From positions 87,861 to 151,860 of the forward strand of contig DATKVM010000005.1 of assembly GCA_035530075.1 (NCBI GenBank): 64,000 nt of DNA, read 5' to 3'. The position numbers were made by a program, and so were the translations under genes. Positions 56,806 to 64,000 of the stretch are shown here, in pieces. How positions within the stretch are numbered: position 1 is the stretch's first letter; each line of letters begins with the position of its first letter. The notes beneath the pieces are model-generated. The model saw only the letters and a list, made by a program, of their open reading frames with translations, was not told where the DNA came from and searched no databases. The DNA comes from Patescibacteria group bacterium (GTDB taxonomy: Bacteria > Patescibacteriota > Microgenomatia > UM-FILTER-40-11).

Positions 56806-58471
56806 AAAGAATTTCAAGCTACTGGCAATTCTTTTGGTCGCTTTTTTTCTGCGTTTTGTGGGAATTTCCTGGGGACTTCCTTATCACTTCCACCCTGATG
56901 AGTGGAATATGGCCAATGCTGTTTCTCAACTTTCTTGGGCCGATAAACTGCAGCCTCACTTTTTTGCCTATGGCCAGCTACCTCTTTACCTAAGCTTTTT
57001 TTCTGGCCGACTTTATAACCTTATCCCCTGGATTAATCTTGACCAAGTAAGTCCAACTGAGGCAACCTTTTTTCTGCGTTTCTGGTCCGCCCTCGCTGGC
57101 GTCGGCACTGTCTCCCTCGTTTACCTAATTACAAAGCGTCTGCTGACTACTAACTACTGTCTACTGGCTACTCTGTTGGCCGCTTTCACTCCCGGCTTAA
57201 TTCAAATTGCCCATTTTGGCACTACCGAATCCTTGCTCTCCTTTTTCTTTCTGGCAACTGTCTATTTTTCAATAAAAATCGTTGAAGAAAATCGATCAAG
57301 AAACTATTTTTTTGCCGGATTGCTTTTAGGACTGGCCTTAGGAACTAAAATCAGCGCCCTGGTTTTTGCCTTTCCGATCATTTTTGCTCTTCTCTTAAAA
57401 CTTCGGCAAGCGATGATTAAGAAGTCTTCGTGGTGTAGAGGGGGTGGTCTCTTCTTCCTTTTTCTTTGCGCCACCGCCATCTTTTTCTTTGTCTCTTCCC
57501 CATATGTTATCCTCAATTTCTCGGAAACAAAAAGAATCCTTCTTTACGAGGCTCAAGTGGCCAGTGGCCAAATCCCTGTCTTTTACACCCGACAATTCTT
57601 GAAGACCACTCCTGTTTTGTTTCAACTGGAAAAAATTTTCCCTTATGCCCTCGGCTGGCCAATTTTTATCCTCGGAATGGCCGGATTTCTTTTAATATTA
57701 TTTTTAATAGCCAAAAAATTACTCAAAACAAAACATTTTTCTTTTACCCTTACTACTTACTACTTACTACTGACTACTTTTCTGGTTTACTTCTTTTCCC
57801 AGGCTTTTCTTTTTTGCAAATGGACGCGCTTTATGGCCCCCATTTTTGCCTTCTTCCCCATCTTCGCCACTTTCTTCCTAAGTTACCTAAGTAACTTAAG
57901 AATTAAGGCTTTTTTAGTCGGAATTGCTCTTCTTCCGGGAATAGTCTTTTCTTCAATCTATTTCCGGCCCGATATCCGCTTTCAGGCCTCGGACTGGATT
58001 TATAAAAACATTCCTGCCAGCTCGCGAATTTTATCGGAGACCGGTAATGTCATCGACATCCCTATTCTCCCGCTTTCTAATCCTGACCACTCCCTCTCTT
58101 CCGTATCCTTCGACTTTTATCGCCTCGATGAAAATCCCCGGCTTCTCTCCCAATTGCTAGATTCACTCAGCAACAGCGACTACGTCTTTGTTCCTAGTCG
58201 CCGGTTATTCGCCAACCACTTAAGACTACCCCAAGACTACCCACTCACCGCCAAATATTATAAGCTTTTGTTTTCGGGTCAATTAGGTTTCACCGAAATT
58301 AAAAAATTCCAACCCTTTCCCAACTTATCACTTATCACTTATCACTTATCACTTTCCGACGAATCTGCCGAAGAAACTTGGTCAGTCTTTGACCACCCGG
58401 TCGTTAGAGTTTTCCAAAAAAAGGTCAGTCTAACTCGCCAGCAATATGAAGAACTATTTAAAGAAGATTAA
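56789..58471 (+). CDS. GT-C type membrane glycosyltransferase (PMT/ArnT-like, HPDE loop) containing heptanucleotide repeats
   Basis: GLPYHFHPDEWN loop, at least 10 TM segments, C-terminal soluble domain; ATG 56789 preferred over TTG 56783. Confidence 0.6.
   Translation: MKLFLKKNFKLLAILLVAFFLRFVGISWGLPYHFHPDEWNMANAVSQLSWADKLQPHFFAYGQLPLYLSFFSGRLYNLIPWINLDQVSPTEATFFLRFWSALAGVGTVSLVYLITKRLLTTNYCLLATLLAAFTPGLIQIAHFGTTESLLSFFFLATVYFSIKIVEENRSRNYFFAGLLLGLALGTKISALVFAFPIIFALLLKLRQAMIKKSSWCRGGGLFFLFLCATAIFFFVSSPYVILNFSETKRILLYEAQVASGQIPVFYTRQFLKTTPVLFQLEKIFPYALGWPIFILGMAGFLLILFLIAKKLLKTKHFSFTLTTYYLLLTTFLVYFFSQAFLFCKWTRFMAPIFAFFPIFATFFLSYLSNLRIKAFLVGIALLPGIVFSSIYFRPDIRFQASDWIYKNIPASSRILSETGNVIDIPILPLSNPDHSLSSVSFDFYRLDENPRLLSQLLDSLSNSDYVFVPSRRLFANHLRLPQDYPLTAKYYKLLFSGQLGFTEIKKFQPFPNLSLITYHLSLSDESAEETWSVFDHPVVRVFQKKVSLTRQQYEELFKED
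57749..57776. repeat. Heptanucleotide tandem repeat (cttacta x3 + ctgacta) inside a GT-C CDS
   Basis: Read directly; encodes TLTTYYLLLTT. Confidence 0.8.
58324..58354. repeat. Perfect heptanucleotide tandem repeat (cttatca x4.4) inside a GT-C CDS
   Basis: cttatcacttatcacttatcacttatcactt read directly; encodes LSLITYHLSLS. Confidence 0.9.
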
Positions 58472-60200
58472 AGTTTTTTTCCCCAGATTAAGCCCAAAAC
58501 TAATTCTCGGGCTTATTCTTTTCTTGGCGGCTTTTCTGCGTCTATATGGTCTTAATTGGGACCAGGGCCAGCATCTCCATCCGGATGAGCGCTTTTTAAC
58601 GATGGTGGAAACTGCCCTCAGCCTTCCTCAAACTTTCAACGAATACCTTAACCCTCAAACTTCCCCGATGAATCCTCACAACCGAGGCTATCAATTTTTT
58701 GTTTATGGAACTTTTCCTCTTTTCCTAACGAAGCTGGCCGGGGAACTGACTAATTATTCCGACTACGATCAGATTCATTTTATCGGTCGATTCCTTTCCG
58801 CCCTGTTCGACTTAAGTACGATATTAATCATATTTAAAATCGGTCAAAGGGTTTTTAACACTAAGGCCGGCATCCTCGCTGCTTTCTTATACTCCTCCAT
58901 GGTCCTCCCACTTCAACTTTCTCACTTCTTTGCGGTGGACACTTTCCTAACTTTTTTCCTCGTACTTTCGTTTTACTTTCTTGTTTTGCTGACAACTGAC
59001 TTTCGATTGCTAACTACTGCCACTCTCGGCATTTCCTTCGGTTTCGCCCTCGCTTGCAAAATTTCGGCTTTGTTTTTTGGGCCAGTTATTGTCGGGGGGT
59101 TACTTTTTATCTTAATTAAGAAATCAAAACAGCCAATTAAAATCTGCCTTGGGTTAATTACCGTCTTGGCTTTTTCCGCCCTCGCTTTTAGGCTTAGTCA
59201 GCCTTCTGCTTTCGCGACCGCCTCATTTGGCCAATGGCGGATTAACCCTCAGTTCGTGGTTAACTTAAAAGAACTAAGACAATATGACAATCCGGAAACT
59301 CTTTTTCCACCCTCAATCCAATGGCTGGCCACTAAACCAATACTGTTTCCCTTGAAAAATTTAATTTTCTGGGGGGTAGGATTACCTTTAGGAATCACGG
59401 CTGTTTTTTCTCTTCTTTACGCCATCGCTCAACTACTTAACTTTTCGATTTCCGTCAGAGGGAGAACCTTCAAACTAGAGGCGAAAAAATTTTTATATTT
59501 TTTGGCTCTTTTCTGGATTCTTGGCATTTTTTTCTATCAAGGCAGTCAGTTTTCTAAAAATATGCGCTATTTTTTGCCAATTTATCCCTTTTTGGCCCTC
59601 TTGTCGGCCGATTTCTTGCTTAAAATTATCGATTTATTGAGAGGAAAACTGTCGAAAAGGGCTCTTTTTGTTTCCGTTAGCCTGTTTTTTTCTCTCTTCT
59701 TAATTTATCCTCTCTCTTTTATGTCAATTTACGCCCAGCCCAACACCCGCATGGCCGCCTCAAATTGGATTTATCAAAATATCCCGGCCGGAGCCACTCT
59801 TCTTAATGAAGAATGGGACGACCCGCTCCCCCTTAACTTACCTCAAGAAAATTCTTCAATTTACACTCAAGAATATGTTTTTATGTATGCCCCCGATACC
59901 CCCGAGAAGTGGAAAAAGATTAATTCCCAACTAGAGAAAGTTGACTATATTGTTCTTTCCTCCAATCGAGCTTACGGCTCCACTATGCGCCTCGCCGATA
60001 GGTACCCTCAAACCATCGCCTATTATCAATCGCTTTTTACGGGAAGTGGAAAGTTTCAAAAGGTAGCCGAGTTTTACTCCTATCCTTGTCTTCCCCACCT
60101 CGGAGCACTTTCAATTTGTTTTAATGACGACGACGCCGAAGAATCCTTTACCGTCTACGATCATCCCAAAGTTATCATTTTTAAGAAAGCTTCTCACTAA
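58446..60200 (+). CDS. GT-C type membrane glycosyltransferase (PMT/ArnT-like, HPDE loop), paralogue of 56789
   Basis: GLNWDQGQHLHPDERF loop; same architecture and C-terminal ...DDAEESFTVYDHPKVIIF ending as the upstream paralogue (…SAEETWSVFDHPVVRVF). Confidence 0.6.
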   Translation: MKNYLKKIKVFFPRLSPKLILGLILFLAAFLRLYGLNWDQGQHLHPDERFLTMVETALSLPQTFNEYLNPQTSPMNPHNRGYQFFVYGTFPLFLTKLAGELTNYSDYDQIHFIGRFLSALFDLSTILIIFKIGQRVFNTKAGILAAFLYSSMVLPLQLSHFFAVDTFLTFFLVLSFYFLVLLTTDFRLLTTATLGISFGFALACKISALFFGPVIVGGLLFILIKKSKQPIKICLGLITVLAFSALAFRLSQPSAFATASFGQWRINPQFVVNLKELRQYDNPETLFPPSIQWLATKPILFPLKNLIFWGVGLPLGITAVFSLLYAIAQLLNFSISVRGRTFKLEAKKFLYFLALFWILGIFFYQGSQFSKNMRYFLPIYPFLALLSADFLLKIIDLLRGKLSKRALFVSVSLFFSLFLIYPLSFMSIYAQPNTRMAASNWIYQNIPAGATLLNEEWDDPLPLNLPQENSSIYTQEYVFMYAPDTPEKWKKINSQLEKVDYIVLSSNRAYGSTMRLADRYPQTIAYYQSLFTGSGKFQKVAEFYSYPCLPHLGALSICFNDDDAEESFTVYDHPKVIIFKKASH

Positions 60201-60209
60201 CCCTTAAGA

Positions 60210-61745
60210 TTAAAATCCATTTTGGTATTCCCAGAAAATGACTTTTCCTTCTGGGCTTTTGACTTCCTTAAAAATCCCCCCTGGAAAGCACAATTCAAGC
60301 TGCGACAAGAAATCTTTTCCCCGGGGGTCAAGGGCAAAATAATAATTTCCCTTTCTCGAGCGGCAATAAAAACTGCCTTCCTTAAGGAAATTAATTTCTT
60401 TTGGGCTTCTAAGAGAAAACTTAATTGCCTCCGGCTCCGGTTGGCCCCATTCTCCCCAGCAACAAGAATAAACAAAAACTTCCGCGCTCTCAGGTAGTTG
60501 GTCTATTCTGGAAGCAATAATCTTCCCAAAAGGAACATTGCCGTTGGGCAGTCCCCGGGTATAGTCAAAAAAATAACTTTTGAAATTCAGAGCCAAAGCC
60601 ATCAAAAAAAGCCAGGCAAACATAAGTTTCGCCAATAAAGGCTTTCTTTCACTTATTTTCCGAAAAGACCAACTTGCCCCTAGAGCGACGATTAAACAAA
60701 CAAAGGGCAAAGCCCCAATTGAACGAGTCGCCGAAGGAATATCAATGGGAAAATTAAGCACCAAAACGGAAGGTAACTGAAGGACAATCAGGGGCAATAA
60801 AACAAACGGCCAAAGTTGGCGCTTACCGAATAAGTAAACGCCGCCGAGAAGGAAGAAAAGCCCGCTTAATAAATCCAGCTGAGGTGCTCGGGGAGGATTG
60901 ACTCTAAAGACAATATCTCCCCTTAAATGAAGCATTGCCGCCTGGTTAACTAAATTAGTCAGCAACACTTTTATTAAATCGGAAAGTGTCTTTCCCTGAG
61001 AATTAATCATTCTGGCGGGGTGATGCCAATAACTGAGGGGGGATTTCCAAGCATAAATTGCCAACGGAGCAAAAACTAGGGCAAAACTTAAAGAGACTAT
61101 CGCCATCCCTTTTAAGAGAAAAATCTTCTCTCGCCTTTGCTTTTGCCAAAAAGCCCAAAAATAACCAGTCAGAATCAAAATCGGCATCACCCTAAAAGCG
61201 GTGTAAGTATACATTCCTAGGCCTAAGAATAAACCCGTGACCAAAAAATCAACTAACTTTAATTTCCGAATCGATTTGAGGAAAAAAATAAAAACCAAGG
61301 AAACAAACAGGGGCATTAAAATCGCCCGCAACCCCAACCGGCTAAAGGTCAGGTGCCAACGGGAGATAGCTAGAAAGAAAGCGGCTAACAAGCCCACCTT
61401 TTTATCCACTAGTTCCTTCCCTAAAAAGTAAATCGCCAAAACCCCCGCTAAACCGATCAGCGCCGTAGTGATTTTTTGCGTTAAATAACTTAAGCCAAGA
61501 AACCGGGCAATAATCGCAGTTAAATAAAAAAGCATTCCTTCGCGTCCGGTATTTTTGGGGAAAAAAATGGCCAGTTTTCCCGACATAATCTCAGCGATGT
61601 CTTTAAAATTTTCGTTGACATCACCAAACATTTCTCCGGGTAACTCCTCCAAAAGATAAAATCTTAAAAAAACCGCTACCGAAAAAATCAGAAAAAAAGG
61701 TAAGATTTTCTTCAGAGTGGATAGAAGCAGTTTCTTGCTTATCAT
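60210..61745 (-). CDS. GT-C type membrane glycosyltransferase (ArnT-like)
   Basis: 511 aa, polytopic, N-terminal acidic loop ...EELPGEMFGDVNENF... Confidence 0.55.
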   Translation of the reverse strand: MISKKLLLSTLKKILPFFLIFSVAVFLRFYLLEELPGEMFGDVNENFKDIAEIMSGKLAIFFPKNTGREGMLFYLTAIIARFLGLSYLTQKITTALIGLAGVLAIYFLGKELVDKKVGLLAAFFLAISRWHLTFSRLGLRAILMPLFVSLVFIFFLKSIRKLKLVDFLVTGLFLGLGMYTYTAFRVMPILILTGYFWAFWQKQRREKIFLLKGMAIVSLSFALVFAPLAIYAWKSPLSYWHHPARMINSQGKTLSDLIKVLLTNLVNQAAMLHLRGDIVFRVNPPRAPQLDLLSGLFFLLGGVYLFGKRQLWPFVLLPLIVLQLPSVLVLNFPIDIPSATRSIGALPFVCLIVALGASWSFRKISERKPLLAKLMFAWLFLMALALNFKSYFFDYTRGLPNGNVPFGKIIASRIDQLPESAEVFVYSCCWGEWGQPEPEAIKFSLRSPKEINFLKEGSFYCRSRKGNYYFALDPRGKDFLSQLELCFPGGIFKEVKSPEGKVIFWEYQNGF

Positions 61746-61760
61746 TAAATTTCCTTCCGA

Positions 61761-62927
61761 CTAATAATCAAATTTATTTCCCGAGGGGAAAAGTAAGCTT
61801 TGAAATTGGTCAATGGCTTTCTCCAGGGAAAAAATTTCTTTTGCCCGCCGCCCATTTTTAACATAACGGTTTTTATTCTTAATCACTTTAATAATGGCCC
61901 GGCTGATTTCTTGAGGGTTTCGGGGAGAGACGACTTCCCCCATTTGAGTTAATTTCACCGGCACCCTTACCCCCGGTAAATTACTGGCCACTACCGGGCA
62001 ACCACTGACCATCGCTTCCATTTGAATCATACCAAAAGCTTCCGTAGAATTGACACTGGGTAGAACTAAAACATCCAGTTTTCGAAGAAAGGAAACCAAC
62101 TCTTCATCGGTCAGTTTGCCCAAGAAAACAGCTTTCCCTAAATATCTCTGGGACAAAGAATTAATCTCCCGCCAATATTTTTCTTCCCCGACCGTCTCCT
62201 TGGGCCCAACCAAAAAAAGCCCAAAATCTTTTAGTTCTTCTCCCAAGTAAGGTATAGCCTGAAGTAAATATTCAATTCCTTTGTCGGCGGCCACTCTTCC
62301 CACATAACCAATTTTGTCTTTCCTTCCCTTAAGTTTCTCAAGAACAATTTTATCCGCTTCCGTTTCACCTGAGTCTTTCCTCAAGAAAATTTTATCCAGT
62401 GGCGGATAAATAATAACCACTTTATTTAAAAAATGCCTCAGGACGGGAGAATGCTTGGCATAATCTTCACTAGAATTAATAACTTTTTGAGCCAGGGCGC
62501 AACAGAGAAAATTAATTGCCATTAGCGTTTTCCCAATAATCTTATTGACCAAACTCGAAGCGAAAACAACATCACAGTGGTAAACGACCAAAGCTTTTTT
62601 CTTAAAAAGCCTGGCCAGGAAAAGCAACCATAATGATTCCGGCTGAGGTAAATGACAAATAACGCTATCGGCCGCCCTTACTTTTTGGTAACCTTGCCAT
62701 AACCAGGCGGGCATAACCAGGCCCTTATTTACCCGCCAAAGAAAAGGCACCCGGGTAACCAAAACTTTCCCTATTTTCTCTTTTTTGGCCAATTTCTTGT
62801 CATACTGTGCCGTGAGAATCTCTACCGTCTCTCCTTTGTCACTCAACCCCTCGGCTAACCGTTTAGCATAAACGCTCACGCCAGAAAGATAGGGATCATA
62901 ATAGGAAAGTGAAAAAAGGACTTTCAT
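61761..62927 (-). CDS. GT-B glycosyltransferase, family 4-like
   Basis: ...EAFGMIQMEAMVSGCPVVAS... E-x7-E motif. Confidence 0.85.
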   Translation of the reverse strand: MKVLFSLSYYDPYLSGVSVYAKRLAEGLSDKGETVEILTAQYDKKLAKKEKIGKVLVTRVPFLWRVNKGLVMPAWLWQGYQKVRAADSVICHLPQPESLWLLFLARLFKKKALVVYHCDVVFASSLVNKIIGKTLMAINFLCCALAQKVINSSEDYAKHSPVLRHFLNKVVIIYPPLDKIFLRKDSGETEADKIVLEKLKGRKDKIGYVGRVAADKGIEYLLQAIPYLGEELKDFGLFLVGPKETVGEEKYWREINSLSQRYLGKAVFLGKLTDEELVSFLRKLDVLVLPSVNSTEAFGMIQMEAMVSGCPVVASNLPGVRVPVKLTQMGEVVSPRNPQEISRAIIKVIKNKNRYVKNGRRAKEIFSLEKAIDQFQSLLFPSGNKFDY

Positions 62928-62938
62928 TTTTCCTCAAG

Positions 62939-63460
62939 TTAATTACAAATTGAAGAAATTTCAATCTTTTTATTTGAAGGACAAACAACTTTTAGGGAAG
63001 AAAGTTTCTCTTTCAGAAAGGAAGCAATTTCTTCATCGTCTTCAACGAAAATATCTGCTTTTATCTTCCTCAGCATTCTTTCCTTAAATAAGTGCGGCTG
63101 CTCATCGCCAAGATTAACGAATACTTCGGCGAAAAGATCCTCTAGTTCTCTTTTTTTCAACCAGTTTTTGGTTTCGTCTTTCAAAAAAGAGTAACGCCCC
63201 GAGATAACAAAAAGCTCATACTCCTTTTCCCGGGCAAGCCGGCGAATAAGAGCAATATTATTGCCGATAGGCGGCCGGAATAAATAATAATGAGATATCT
63301 TTCTCAGATATTTTTCCAACTTAAATCTGGGAAAACGATACCGAAGCTCTCTCTGATTGCCACCTTTAAAAAGCCGGTCAATTAATCGCTGAGGAATTAA
63401 CGGTGGTTTATCGACAATGACGCCGTCCAGGTCAAAAGCAACCCTGATTTTCCTCGCCAT
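62939..63460 (-). CDS. HAD-superfamily hydrolase-like protein
   Basis: VAFDLDGVIVD motif I (DxDG). Confidence 0.55.
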   Translation of the reverse strand: MARKIRVAFDLDGVIVDKPPLIPQRLIDRLFKGGNQRELRYRFPRFKLEKYLRKISHYYLFRPPIGNNIALIRRLAREKEYELFVISGRYSFLKDETKNWLKKRELEDLFAEVFVNLGDEQPHLFKERMLRKIKADIFVEDDEEIASFLKEKLSSLKVVCPSNKKIEISSICN

Positions 63461-63553
63461 TTGGCTGATTATACCCCGAGATAGGCAACCAGCGCAAAAA
63501 AAGATAAAGTCCCGCCTGATTGCAATCCAGAGAGGGTAATTTTAAAATACGCT

Positions 63554-64000
63554 TATGCTCGCGGACCTAAAAATTATTTTTGTTTGGTGGGGTTATCTTT
63601 TTGCCATTGGTTTGATATTTCTACCGCTTAGCCGACGCCTCTTTTCCTCCTTCTTCGATCAAGGTTATCTCTTCGCCAAAGTTTTAGGAATTTTGTTTTC
63701 TTCTTACTTGGTCTGGCTTCTGGCTTCTTTAAAAATCTTACCTTTTACCCTTATGTCGATTTGGGGGGCTTTCCTTTTGGGTTTATTTTGCAACCTTTTT
63801 CTTCTCAAACAAGATACCACCCTAAGGAAAGCAACCCGCCCGCTGGCGCTTACCTGGATGGGAGAGGAGCTCTTATTCCTTCTAGCTTTGGCGACTTGGT
63901 CTTTTGTCCGTGGTTTTCAGCCAGATATTCAAGGCCTAGAAAAATTTATGGATTTTGGCTTTGTTAACTCGATTCTGCGCAGCCGTTTTTTTCCGCCAGC
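63554..64000 (+). CDS. Polytopic membrane protein, DUF2298-like (N-terminal part; continues beyond the window end)
   Basis: ...EKFMDFGFVNSILRSRFFPP... resembles the MDFAFLNSILRS..FPP signature I recall for DUF2298 / chlor_Arch_YYY proteins. Confidence 0.4.

Noticed and set aside
1-64000. rRNA genes, tmRNA, RNase P RNA, riboswitches
   Set aside because: No stretch with recognisable rRNA or structured-RNA hallmarks; coding density leaves few intergenic regions, and those inspected contain promoters, hairpins or AT-rich repeats only.

Overview
The window looks like a small, reduced bacterial genome, possibly Patescibacteria/CPR-like. That placement is an inference from shortened housekeeping proteins (AlaRS 602 aa, Obg 319 aa, IF-2 475 aa, DnaJ without zinc finger), a sortase, PilN/PilO-like genes and many GT-C membrane glycosyltransferases.

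Core content is mostly on the minus strand. It includes rpoB-rpoC-rpsL-rpsG-[insertion]-fusA, then mltG, ruvX, a sortase, alaS, ftsK, proS, obg, xth, rnj, udg, pnp-rpsO-infB-nusA, hrcA-grpE-dnaK-dnaJ with a CIRCE operator, murJ and rpsT.

The most unusual stretch is roughly 17.8-23.4 kb. It holds short, unrelated accessory genes (ASCH-like, GNAT, two NUDIX, small membrane proteins, unknowns, a zinc-ribbon). Each is preceded by a highly conserved ~23-nt motif (consensus tCCCCTTGCCCCCGAATTTTCTG, 9 copies, all in the same orientation). The stretch is bracketed by larger direct repeats, one of which carries a 3' gene fragment. This is a cassette-like arrangement that I cannot assign to a known mobile element or integron type.

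The 3' end of the window (52.6-64 kb) is a surface and glycosylation locus. It encodes PilN/PilO-like proteins, an FN3 surface protein, an FAD oxidoreductase, three GT-C glycosyltransferases, a GT4, a HAD hydrolase and a DUF2298-like membrane protein. Perfect heptanucleotide tandem repeats sit inside one of the GT-C genes.

No rRNA, tRNA or CRISPR array was recognised. All calls rest on reading the translations and sequence by eye; no database searches were run.
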